Source: an uncultured Coriobacteriales bacterium (lineage in GTDB: Bacteria > Actinomycetota > Coriobacteriia > Coriobacteriales > UMGS124). From it: 64,000 nt of DNA. How positions within the stretch are numbered: the first letter of the stretch is position 1; each line of letters opens with the position of its first letter. The stretch lies in assembly GCA_934654475.1 (NCBI GenBank), contig CAKUFZ010000003.1, positions 1,811-65,810 of the forward strand, in the 5' to 3' direction. Both the position numbers and the translations under genes were made by a program. Positions 26,656 through 35,622 of this stretch are shown in pieces. The notes beneath the pieces are model-generated. The model made no database searches, had not been told where the DNA came from, and saw only the letters and a list, made by a program, of their open reading frames with translations.

Positions 26656-28680
26656 CTAGGCGTTGACGCGCGCCGGGGTGAAGTCCTTCAACAGGGAGCC
26701 GCTCGGAAGCGGAGCCAGACCCCAAGCGTGCAGCGCGTAGGTGAGCAGGTCGCTGGGGCGAACGGTGGTCGTGCGCTTCCCGTCGGCACCCATGGCAACC
26801 TTGTAGCCCTTGAGATGGGTGCGCTCGGCAAGTTCCAGGTCACAGCGAGCAAAGCCGGTAAACACAAGGTCGCCCGTGGCGCATGAAGCAAGGCGGTACA
26901 TGTCCGCGCGAGCCCGTGCGTCCAAGGCGGCGCGGGCGTCGAAATCGGCCTCTGCCAGGTCGAAGTAGGCATGGTCGGGCATCCAGCCATTCATGAGGCC
27001 GCACACCACAACGTGGGTCGCCTTAAGGGCGCTCGCCTGGTCGTACATTGCAACCCTCACAGCGCCGGGCTTGGAAACTCCACCCTGCGCAAGCGCCTGA
27101 GCACAGGCGAGAAGCCCAGCCGCCCCGGCGTCTTCGCCCGCGACGGCGTCGGCAACCAGGCCAGCGTACACGGAAGGCACCGCCTCCATGCCCAGACCCT
27201 CGGCCAGGCGCGCAAGCAGCTCGAAGCCATGCAGGGCGACCAGCTCGTCGATCATCGCACGGCCCTGGCGGTACGCCACAAGCGTCGATTCCTGACCGGG
27301 AACCTCGGGGGCCTCACCTGCGTCAAGCAAACCGAGCGCCTCGCCCAGACCGATGCCGCGCTGCCGGGCAAGTTCCTCGATGCCAGTGAAGATGTTGCTT
27401 CGGGCCAGGTAATCGCCGCAACCGCACCAGCAGCGCCATGCCAGCGAGTCATTGGGGTCGGCAAGCAGCGCCAGCGCGGTGTACATGCGGCCCGTGCGGC
27501 ACGCGTCCAGGTCGCGGAAGGAGCCACCCGCCACGCGGCGGCCGTCGTGCTCCTCAAGGGCGACGCCCTTCTCACGCAGGGCACGGCAGACACGACCGAA
27601 CCACGCGCGGTTGGGGGCAAGCACACAGATGTCGGCAGGGTCGGCACCCTCCTCGACAAGGCCAGCGACCCAGGATGCGACACCCGCGACCTCCTCATCG
27701 GGGCCGGCATAGACAAGCTGCGACACGCCCTCGACGGGCTGGGCGGCAGCGGCAACATCGTAGGCCTGCGCCGTCTCGACCTTGCCCCTGCTCTCGACAA
27801 GGCCAAGCGAGAGCGCGTCAAGATAGCCGCTCGAGGCAAGCTGAGAGGCGGCAGCGGCCGCTCCGGTCGCAGGCGCCGCAAGCTCAACCGCGACAAAATC
27901 GGGGTTGCGCTGGCCAAACTCCGCGATACCGGCCGGGTAAGGGAAGGGGTCGGCGCCCTGGCGATCGAGCGTCTCATCGGCAAAGGCCCACAGCGTTGCA
28001 GGCTTGAGCAGGTCAAACAGAATCTGGCTTGCGCGATTCAGGCAATGGTAGTCGTCGACCACGATGTGACGCACGCCGCAGGCATCCGCCATCTCGGGGT
28101 GGGCGCGCAGGCAGCGCACGGCAAGGTTCGAGACCTCGCAGTCGAGGATTGCGTCGTAGGCACCCAGGTGACGGTAAAGCGCGTCGAGCACGGCCTGCTC
28201 GCGCGGGTCGATGATGAAGCTCGCCATGTCGTCGTCGGCAAGCTCGGTCAGGCTCTTGCGGAAGAAGCCGAGCATGCCCTTGAGGCGACGCGCCGGCACA
28301 CCCGTGGCGCGCATGTCCTCGAGCAGAAACGACTCCTCAAAGTCGCACAGCACATGAGGACGACGGCCGACGACGGCGCGAGCCTCAGGCATGACGAGAA
28401 GCGCAAGCTCGAAGTCGCGTGCCGTGCAGACGCGCACACCCTGCGCGGATTCGCCCAGCTCACCTGCCATGTCACGGGCAGCTGTGGACGTGGGGGCAAC
28501 AACGAGAATCTCCCCTGCAGGCACACCGGCCTCAAGAAGGTCGCGCACGTGGGCGCAGGCCAGCGAGGTCTTGCCGGAGTTGGCGACGCCACGCACAAGC
28601 ACGCGAGCGGTGTCGGCCGCAGGGACGGCGCAAGCCGCTTCAGAGGCGCAGGAACGAGAGCAAGTAGAATCAATAGCCAT
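26656..28680 (-). CDS. UvrD-like P-loop NTPase, degenerate helicase motifs (first of a pair)
   Basis: ATG 28680 with AAAGAGG RBS, 13 nt after the Fe-S gene stop (alternative GTG 28689). Walker A GVANSGKT; motif Ia VVAPTSTAARDM; motif II position HIVVDDYH; motif IV-like ICVLAPNRAWFGRVCRALREKGV; C-terminal ..THVVVCGLMNGWMP. Confidence 0.65.
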   Translation of the reverse strand: MAIDSTCSRSCASEAACAVPAADTARVLVRGVANSGKTSLACAHVRDLLEAGVPAGEILVVAPTSTAARDMAGELGESAQGVRVCTARDFELALLVMPEARAVVGRRPHVLCDFEESFLLEDMRATGVPARRLKGMLGFFRKSLTELADDDMASFIIDPREQAVLDALYRHLGAYDAILDCEVSNLAVRCLRAHPEMADACGVRHIVVDDYHCLNRASQILFDLLKPATLWAFADETLDRQGADPFPYPAGIAEFGQRNPDFVAVELAAPATGAAAAASQLASSGYLDALSLGLVESRGKVETAQAYDVAAAAQPVEGVSQLVYAGPDEEVAGVASWVAGLVEEGADPADICVLAPNRAWFGRVCRALREKGVALEEHDGRRVAGGSFRDLDACRTGRMYTALALLADPNDSLAWRCWCGCGDYLARSNIFTGIEELARQRGIGLGEALGLLDAGEAPEVPGQESTLVAYRQGRAMIDELVALHGFELLARLAEGLGMEAVPSVYAGLVADAVAGEDAGAAGLLACAQALAQGGVSKPGAVRVAMYDQASALKATHVVVCGLMNGWMPDHAYFDLAEADFDARAALDARARADMYRLASCATGDLVFTGFARCDLELAERTHLKGYKVAMGADGKRTTTVRPSDLLTYALHAWGLAPLPSGSLLKDFTPARVNA

Positions 28681-28693
28681 GTCGGGCACCTCT

Positions 28694-29932
28694 TTAGCGC
28701 TCGTAGAGCTGGTCGCAATGGATAATCTTCTTCAAGGCGCTGAGCATCGTGTGGGGGCCTCCCCGCCTGTCGCGCACGCGGGGCATCTCGAAGCTCTCGG
28801 TGACGCATCCGCCGGCAACCTCGCTGGAAAGGACGTCCTCGTACAGGGTGAGGGCGTCGGTGGGGCACACGTCGGTGCAGCAGCGGCACTTCACGCAGTC
28901 GGCGGGGCGATGCTCAAGCACGACGTCGCCGTCTTCCCCCTCCACCTTGGCAATGGCGCCGGTGGGGCAGAAAGTGGCACACATGAGGCAGCCCTTGCAG
29001 CGCGCGACGTCGATGCTCACGCGACCCCACAGGCGCGTCTCGATCGCAGCCTCGGCGGGATCGCCGAGCTCAGCCAGGGCATCGAGCAGGCGCTCGCGAC
29101 GGTCAGGCAGAAAGTGGGGCAGTGTGCCGTCGAGCATCGCCTTGAGGGACCCGGATGCCTGGTCGGCACCAACACCCGCTAGCCCATCGTCACCCTCGCC
29201 CCGCTCGCCCACACGCGCCTCTTGCTCGTCCTGGGGAACAAGCATGCCCGCAACCGTGTCTCCCACCTGGGAAAACACCTCACGGCGCAAGCTGTCGAAA
29301 CCAGGGCCGACCTGCATGGGACGCTCATCGGCCTCAGCCAGGCGCACGCAGCGCGGCAGCTTCTCGCGCACCTCGACGCGCGTCGGGCTCCCCCAGGTCT
29401 CAAGCAGCAGGTTCGCGTTGTCCACGACCTCGGCGTAGGTGTGCATGCCCGGAGAGCGCGGGCAGCACTCGCAGGGACCGTGCGCCAGCAAGACGCGCTT
29501 GGCGCCACGCGCCGCCGCGTCAACGAGCAGCGACTCCTCCACGCGCCCCAAGCACGTCACATGCACGGCACGGTCGGCGTCGATGGCGTCGGCGTTGCGA
29601 CGCCACAGGGAGTCGCAGGCCACGACGAGCGTGTCGCCGCAGGCCTCGAGCGCCTTGTGGGCGCGCACCGCAAGCTCGGCGTCGGCCGGGTGGCGAGCCT
29701 CCAAAGCGCAGGTCGGGCACACCGTGGCGCACGTGCCGCAGCCAACGCACAGGTCGGGGTCGACGTTGACCGCACCGTCCTCCACGCTGATGGCCCCCGA
29801 CGTGCACGCCTGCGCGCAACGCATGCAGCTCGCGTGGCGATTGCGCACCACGACGCAGCGGTACGGGTACACGTTGAGGTCGGCGCTCTGCAGGCGCGCA
29901 AGCAGCGCAGCAGCCGAATCGACCTTAGCCAT
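28694..29932 (-). CDS. Cytoplasmic 4Fe-4S dicluster domain protein (two ferredoxin-like modules separated by a Cys-containing middle domain)
   Basis: Track ORF trimmed to ATG 29932, giving an 8-nt overlap with the NapH-like stop. CMRCAQAC..CVGCGTCATVCP at the N-terminus and CKGCLMCATFCP..CVKCRCCTDVCP at the C-terminus. No signal peptide. Confidence 0.75.
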   Translation of the reverse strand: MAKVDSAAALLARLQSADLNVYPYRCVVVRNRHASCMRCAQACTSGAISVEDGAVNVDPDLCVGCGTCATVCPTCALEARHPADAELAVRAHKALEACGDTLVVACDSLWRRNADAIDADRAVHVTCLGRVEESLLVDAAARGAKRVLLAHGPCECCPRSPGMHTYAEVVDNANLLLETWGSPTRVEVREKLPRCVRLAEADERPMQVGPGFDSLRREVFSQVGDTVAGMLVPQDEQEARVGERGEGDDGLAGVGADQASGSLKAMLDGTLPHFLPDRRERLLDALAELGDPAEAAIETRLWGRVSIDVARCKGCLMCATFCPTGAIAKVEGEDGDVVLEHRPADCVKCRCCTDVCPTDALTLYEDVLSSEVAGGCVTESFEMPRVRDRRGGPHTMLSALKKIIHCDQLYER

Positions 29933-31103
29933 CCTCACGCACCCCCTCGCACTCATGAGCCTGCCTGGCAGATGCGCCAGCCTTGGGCAGGAACGGGACG
30001 GAAATCGCATGCGCCGGGCACGCCTCCACGCAGGCGCGGCACTTCACGCACTCGTTGATGGCCACGGGGCTCTCGGCGAGGTTGCGCAGGTCGATGCCCT
30101 CAGGGCACGCCGTATGGCAGCGCCCGCAATGCGCACCGCGCGTCTCCTCCAGGCACATGTCCCTGTCAATCGTGGGCACGAACGTGCGGTTGCCCTTCGA
30201 CACGAGCGACATGAGGGCACCGAGCGGGCAGATGCGGTGGCACCACTTGCGGGCAAGGAACAGCTCGGCGATGAGCAGGGCGGGCACCACGAGAAGCGCC
30301 CAGGAAACGGAGCCGCCGAACAGCCTCAGTACCAGGAAGATGGTGGCGAAGGTGAGGCCAATAGGGCAGATGAGGCAAAACACCGGGAAGCCGAACACGG
30401 CGGCGGACAGAAGCGTGCCGCCCAGCACGAAATGACGGCTGTCGACGGCCTTGCCGCGCGCCTTGGCGCAGCCCGAGCAACCCTGCGAGCAGGAACCCTT
30501 CTCCTTGCCGACCGCAACCTTGCGGCCACCCTCGCAGTCGCCGTCGCGCAGACCCAAGATGCGCTCGACAAAGGGCACCGAGCAGATCCACGAACAGAAA
30601 GCGCGGCCGAACAACAAGATGAGCGCCAGGGCGATGACAAGGCTGATGAGTACGCGCGGCACGAGCATCTTGCTCGCAAGCAGGCTCGAAAGCGCACCCA
30701 TGGGGCAGATGGCCGAAATGGACTCCCACCCGAACGCCGAGATGTTGCCCAGCGGCACCATGGCGACGAAGGCAACGGCGCATACGAGCAGCACGAGGGC
30801 CGGCAGGGCACGACGGAACTTCGTGAGGCTGCCGCCGCGCTTCTCGCCCGGCTGGGGCTTGTAGCTGGCACGCTTGGCTTTGGACGCAGGAACTTCCCCG
30901 TCTGCAGCGGGCTTGCCTGTGACTGCAGATTGAGGCTTGTAGCTGGCGCGCTTCTCCTTGGATGCCGCGGGTCCCTCGACCTCGGCAGGCTCGCCCGCGG
31001 ACATCGCTTGGGGCTTGCAGCTAGCACGCTTGGCCTTCTTGGCGGGCGCGTCAGACCCGGCACCGCCTGCAGACTGCGGCTTGTAGCTCTTTTTCTTCTC
31101 CAT
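29925..31103 (-). CDS. NapH/MauN-type integral-membrane Fe-S protein (polyferredoxin-like) with a basic repeat N-terminal tail
   Basis: 4 TM helices carrying CP motifs (ICPMG, CSWIC, CLICPIG, RICPLG). C-terminal 2x CxxCxxCxxxCP-like clusters (CGRCHTACP, CVKCRACVEACP). The N-terminus has 4 copies of K(R/K)(A)S(Y/C)KPQ. Confidence 0.8.
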   Translation of the reverse strand: MEKKKSYKPQSAGGAGSDAPAKKAKRASCKPQAMSAGEPAEVEGPAASKEKRASYKPQSAVTGKPAADGEVPASKAKRASYKPQPGEKRGGSLTKFRRALPALVLLVCAVAFVAMVPLGNISAFGWESISAICPMGALSSLLASKMLVPRVLISLVIALALILLFGRAFCSWICSVPFVERILGLRDGDCEGGRKVAVGKEKGSCSQGCSGCAKARGKAVDSRHFVLGGTLLSAAVFGFPVFCLICPIGLTFATIFLVLRLFGGSVSWALLVVPALLIAELFLARKWCHRICPLGALMSLVSKGNRTFVPTIDRDMCLEETRGAHCGRCHTACPEGIDLRNLAESPVAINECVKCRACVEACPAHAISVPFLPKAGASARQAHECEGVREDG

Positions 31104-31107
31104 GGCC

Positions 31108-31743
31108 CTACACCTCCCCCGCCTCGTCGACGTTCACGATGATGATTGCCCTGTGCGCCGTGCCGCTCACCATGGAGCCGGCGCGCATCGAGGGGCACAC
31201 GTACTCGCAGGCACCGCAGCCGTTGCATTTCTCCAGGTCGAGGTGCGGGCGCTTCGCGTCGTCGAGCGTGATGGCGTCGAGCTCGCAGGCGTCGTAGCAG
31301 TCGCGGCAGCGCGTCATGCGATAAGCCAGGCACCAGTCGTGCGTGAGCAGCGGTTTGCCGATGACCACGTCGCGCCTCTTCGCGCCCTCGTCGAGACGCA
31401 AGGCACCGGTGGGGCAGGTGAGCACGCAGCGAGGATGCCCGTCGTTTTCCTCCTCGCAGAAGTCGCACCAGCCGGAATGAAAGTCCATCCTCGGCGTGCG
31501 CAGGTTGAGGAAGCCGTCCTCGATGCTTGCCGGCGAGATCGCCTTGCGCGGGCATGCCTCGAAGCAACGTTGGCAACGCACGCACAGCGACAGCAGCCTC
31601 GCGTCGTCCTGACCGCCCGGCGGGCGCAGCACATCGTCGGCAGGCAGGCAGGTGGCAAGTGCGCCCAACCCGAGCGAGCCTGCCACACAAGCTAGGCCAA
31701 CAACGGCGTTTCGCCTGGTCACGCCCTTCTTTTCTTCATCCAT
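31108..31743 (-). CDS. NapG/MauM-type Tat-exported ferredoxin
   Basis: Track ORF 31108..32178 trimmed to ATG 31743 (GGAGGAG RBS). Signal MDEEKKGVTRRNAVVGLACVAG. Four Cys clusters (CVRCQRCFEACP, C..C..CP, CRDCYDAC, CNGCGACEYVCP). 4 nt before the NapH-like start. Confidence 0.8.
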   Translation of the reverse strand: MDEEKKGVTRRNAVVGLACVAGSLGLGALATCLPADDVLRPPGGQDDARLLSLCVRCQRCFEACPRKAISPASIEDGFLNLRTPRMDFHSGWCDFCEEENDGHPRCVLTCPTGALRLDEGAKRRDVVIGKPLLTHDWCLAYRMTRCRDCYDACELDAITLDDAKRPHLDLEKCNGCGACEYVCPSMRAGSMVSGTAHRAIIIVNVDEAGEV

Positions 31744-31892
31744 ACCTCGTAAGCTCCTCCCAAGCCGTCCCTCGAACAAAACCAGGAGATCGCTGCGACG
31801 CCAAGAAGGAAAGCGCGAGTCGGCGTGCGCGGCACAGGCACGCGCCCCACCGCCCGCAGCCCCCAAAGCTGCCGCAGCAATCCCAGGGCTGC

Positions 31893-32594
31893 CTAGGCGG
31901 CCTGGGCGCCGTCGAGCAGCTCGGCGAGAAACTCGCCCTCGGTCTGCACGAAGCCCAGCGTGAGCTCGGCCAGACCGCGATACAGCTCGGTCTCGGAGAA
32001 GCGCAGCATGTCGGCCACGAGCATGGGAACCCAGTTGGCCAGGTGCTCGGCCACAAAGTCGCGCTGTGTGGTGAGCATCTCGACCGCGGCGTCCTCGTCG
32101 CCCTTGCGAAGGGCAGCAGCGGTGCGCTGGCACATCACCTGCATGAACTCGAGCTCGACGGCAATGTGGTCCTCGCACTCGCGCCAGCGCTCGTCCTTCT
32201 TGAGGTTGTTGGCGCGGTAAACCGCCAGAACCTCGGCGCGGGCCTGCTGCATCATGAGGCGCTTCTCGGAGGTATGCACCGACTCGTAAGGGTAGGCGGC
32301 GGAGTGGCCGTTTACGCCGTGGCCGATGAAGACGCGCACGTAGTCGCGGGCAAGGTCAAGCAGAGCCGGCTCCCAGACGCTCGTGAGATAGCGGTGCATA
32401 AGCTCGTATCCGGTGTCGACGTGGGCGTTGCCCGTGTTCTCAGGAAACGTCATGCTGCGCAGCTGGGTGAGCAGGGGGCCGTCAACCTCGACGCGGAACA
32501 GACGCGCAAGCAGGCCGTAGGTGTCAGCGCGGCCGTCCATGGCGCTGGCGAGCTCGGCGAGTTCAGGGGAAACGACGGGTGCGGATGCGGTCAT
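31893..32594 (-). CDS. TorD/DmsD-family redox enzyme maturation chaperone
   Basis: Track ORF trimmed to ATG 32594 (AAGGAGAG RBS). ..RADTYGLLARLFRVEVD..DYVRVFIG..PYESVH..DHIAVELEFM.. is the TorD-family pattern. Confidence 0.75.
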   Translation of the reverse strand: MTASAPVVSPELAELASAMDGRADTYGLLARLFRVEVDGPLLTQLRSMTFPENTGNAHVDTGYELMHRYLTSVWEPALLDLARDYVRVFIGHGVNGHSAAYPYESVHTSEKRLMMQQARAEVLAVYRANNLKKDERWRECEDHIAVELEFMQVMCQRTAAALRKGDEDAAVEMLTTQRDFVAEHLANWVPMLVADMLRFSETELYRGLAELTLGFVQTEGEFLAELLDGAQAA

Positions 32595-32704
32595 GGTCTC
32601 TCTCCTTAGGTGGGAATGCACGGGGAATGTACGTGGGCTGTAGGACTGCGCGGTAAAGTTCGCGCAGGGCAAAAATCAACTCGGGCGCCGAAATCGGATG
32701 CGGG

Positions 32705-33544
32705 CTACTCGGCTGCGATGCCGTGCTTCTCAAGGTAGCGACGGCCCAGCTCGGTTGCGTTCCAACCACCGTCATGCCAGCTCAGAGCCTCGCGGTTCTC
32801 AAGAAGCTCGATGAAGTGGTTCGAGTAGCGGCGAGGCTTCTGCACGAGCGGGTCGTCGTCGACGATGGCGTCAATCTGGGGCTTGGTGCGAGGCTCCTGC
32901 GCGCAGAAGGCAAGCACGCGCTCATACACGGGCAGGTAGACGCTCTCGGTGTCGCTTGCGAGCAGCTCCTCAAGCGCCGACCCCTCGCGATGGGCGGCAA
33001 GCACCGTGAGGCCCTCGTCGGTAGAGGTCCAGTACGTCGTGGGATGCGCGGCAGCCTCACCGGCCTCAGGCTCTCCGTCGGCGCGCTCATCGGCAGACTG
33101 GCCACCCTGCTCCTCGGGAGCCTGCGGCTCCTCGGTGCGGCTCACGAGGGCGCCGGCGCGCTCAAGGATGGAGCACAGCGACTGGGGCGTGTAGACCGAG
33201 CGGTTCTCCGCCTGGGCCTGCTCCACGAGCTGGGCGACCTCCTCGCTCGTATGCTCGTCGCAGCAGAACTCGATGATTTGCAGGAAGACCGGCTTGCGGC
33301 CGGGGTTGCGGTGCAGCAGCTCCTCGATGGCGTCCTGGGCGTTGGCGAAGCGGTCCTTGTCGAAGACGCTCTTGACCTTTACCTCTTCGGGCATCTCCGC
33401 CATGACCGGCAGGTCTACGATGCCGTCCTCGTCGGGATCGGCGCCGTCCTGCGCGGGCTCGAAGTCCTCGGCCAGCGGGTCGAACACGCCTTCGTCCTCA
33501 TCGAGGAAAAACTCGTCCAAGTTCTCTTGTGCCATCTTTTCCAT
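32705..33544 (-). CDS. Hypothetical protein (acidic N-terminus, two similar helical repeats)
   Basis: ATG 33544 (or 33535) after GGAGAGGGTGG. GC3-rich, 279 aa. First gene after the terminator at 33858-33900. No family recognised. Confidence 0.55.
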   Translation of the reverse strand: MEKMAQENLDEFFLDEDEGVFDPLAEDFEPAQDGADPDEDGIVDLPVMAEMPEEVKVKSVFDKDRFANAQDAIEELLHRNPGRKPVFLQIIEFCCDEHTSEEVAQLVEQAQAENRSVYTPQSLCSILERAGALVSRTEEPQAPEEQGGQSADERADGEPEAGEAAAHPTTYWTSTDEGLTVLAAHREGSALEELLASDTESVYLPVYERVLAFCAQEPRTKPQIDAIVDDDPLVQKPRRYSNHFIELLENREALSWHDGGWNATELGRRYLEKHGIAAE

Positions 33545-33857
33545 CCACCCTCTCCAAAACGCGACGATTGGTGCTCGCTGCCCGTGCAAGCGCGGCGCCA
33601 GATGCACGCACGCCCGCAACGTCTGTGAGGCCCACCATATGGCCGGGCCTGGCGCACCCTTCGTATCGACGGGATGATTGGAGGTGGATTTAGTTCGCTC
33701 GCCCGACCGGGATGAGGTCGCAAGCTGGTGTTTTGCATGCAATCATCCCTGGGCGGCATTCATCGACCAAAGGGCTCGGCGGCCATGGACACTGGCAAAG
33801 ACCGACATTCGCTGCATCACGCCCCCCTGAAAAACGCCCCGCAGGCCCTCCCCACAC

Positions 33858-33900
33858 ACAAAAGGGGGCCGAATCGCATGTGCGATCCGGCCCCTTTCTC
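33858..33900 (-). terminator. Rho-independent terminator of the upstream flavoprotein gene
   Basis: 14-bp stem ggggccgaatcgca/tgcgatccggcccc with 1 mismatch. The minus strand reads hairpin plus CTTTTGTGTG. Confidence 0.7.
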
Positions 33901-33942
33901 ATTGCTCGATATAACTGACATGCCTCTCCGGCAGCTCGATCC

Positions 33943-35622
33943 TTACTTCGCGGCAAGCGCCTTGGCGACGTGGCGGCCCATCGTGGCGCACAGGCCGGCG
34001 TTGAGGCCTGCGGCGAAGTTGGGGTAGGTCTTGTTGTACTTGTTGCCGGCGTCGTTGCCGATGACATAGAGGCCCTCGATGACCTGGCCCTCGGTGTTCA
34101 GCGCCTCGCACTCGGGCGTGATCTCGATGCCCGACATGGTGGCAAGGGCGATACCACCAAGCTTGAGACCATAGAAGGGAGCCGTGCGGATCTCAGACAG
34201 GCGGAAGGCCTCCTTGCCGAAGTCGGTGTCCTCCTGGGCATCGAACAGCTCGTTGTAACGCTCGACGGTCTTCACGAGGTTCTCGGCGTTGATGCCCAGG
34301 CCCTCGGCCAGCTCCTCCAGGGTGTCAGCCTTGATGCAGGTGCCCTCCTCGACGGAAGCCTCGACATTGGCCACGACGGTGTCGGGGTCGTTGCCCATGA
34401 GGTGGTCGCCACCCTCGCGCAGCAGCTGCGTGGAGCAGCCCACGGTATGGAAGCGATCCACATCGTCGAGGTAGTTGGCGTCCCAAATGGGGTACCAAGC
34501 CTTGTCAGCGAACTTGTTGGCGGCATGGAATACGAAGTCGTAGGGGCTCGACTCGTTGCAGAAGCGCTCGCCGTTGGAGTTCACCTTGAGGAAAGGCTGG
34601 GACTGCAGGCACACTTGGCCAGGCGTGCTCGCGCCGTCACCGAGAGGCTCGTCGGGATGCACGGCGCCGCGGTCGAAGACAAGCGTCGTGTGGTTGGGCT
34701 CCAGTGCCGCGCCGGCCCACATGCAAGCCTTGATGCCCTCGCCGAACACCTGACTCGTGGTGAAGAACGTAGAGAGACCCTCCATCACGTCGGGCTGCAA
34801 GGCATGCATCATGTCCTTGTTGAGCACATAGCCGCCCGTAGCCACCACGACGCCCTTGGAGGCGTTCACGCGAATGTAGGAGTCGAAGTCCTCGCCCGTG
34901 GCGCAGTAGGCGCCGGTGACCTTGCCGTCTTCGACGATGAGCTCGACAAGCTTGGTGTAACCGCGATGCTCGCAGCCCTCGATGCCATTGAGCTTGTTGA
35001 TGAGGTAGTCAAGGATGACGGGCTCGTTTGCCCACTTCATCTCAGTGCCCAGCGTGGCATGGCCGGTAGGCCAGTCATGGTAGCGCGTCCCCTCGGGCAT
35101 GTTGTACTCGTTCTCGACAGACAGGTTGCCGCACTTGTCGCACTCATCGACGTACCAGTCGATGGCCTCACCCGACTCATCGGCCCACATCTTCCAGATG
35201 CGCATGTCGCACACGCCGTCGGCATAGTGCACGACGTCGTTGACGATCTCCATCTTGTCAATCGCGACGTTGTTCTCCTTCTGCAGGGAGGAGTCCACGG
35301 CGCCCAGCGCGGAACAACGGATGCCGAAGCCCTGCTCCATCGGGTCGATGAGCAGGACCTTGGCTCCCTCCTCGGCGGCGGTCATGGCGCAGAACATGCC
35401 GGCGTCGCCGGCGCCGCACACGAGAATCTCGGTGTCGACGGTCTCGGTGCAGTCGGCGTCGGTGATGGCAGGGGCCTCGCCAAGCCAGGCGGGGACATCA
35501 GAGGCCGCAGTGCCAGCGGCCTCGTCGGCCAGAGCTGTGGTAGCACCCAACGCGGCGGCAGCGGCGGCGGCGACGCCTGCACCCGCAAGGAACTGACGGC
35601 GAGAAGCAACAGTCTTGGACAT
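33943..35622 (-). CDS. Tat-exported FAD-dependent oxidoreductase (flavoprotein reductase)
   Basis: AAAGGAGA RBS. Signal MSKTVASRRQFLAGAGVAAAAA. ILVCGAGDAGMFCAMTAAEEGAKVLLID dinucleotide fold. C-terminal GLYVIGNDAGN. Confidence 0.85.
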   Translation of the reverse strand: MSKTVASRRQFLAGAGVAAAAAAALGATTALADEAAGTAASDVPAWLGEAPAITDADCTETVDTEILVCGAGDAGMFCAMTAAEEGAKVLLIDPMEQGFGIRCSALGAVDSSLQKENNVAIDKMEIVNDVVHYADGVCDMRIWKMWADESGEAIDWYVDECDKCGNLSVENEYNMPEGTRYHDWPTGHATLGTEMKWANEPVILDYLINKLNGIEGCEHRGYTKLVELIVEDGKVTGAYCATGEDFDSYIRVNASKGVVVATGGYVLNKDMMHALQPDVMEGLSTFFTTSQVFGEGIKACMWAGAALEPNHTTLVFDRGAVHPDEPLGDGASTPGQVCLQSQPFLKVNSNGERFCNESSPYDFVFHAANKFADKAWYPIWDANYLDDVDRFHTVGCSTQLLREGGDHLMGNDPDTVVANVEASVEEGTCIKADTLEELAEGLGINAENLVKTVERYNELFDAQEDTDFGKEAFRLSEIRTAPFYGLKLGGIALATMSGIEITPECEALNTEGQVIEGLYVIGNDAGNKYNKTYPNFAAGLNAGLCATMGRHVAKALAAK

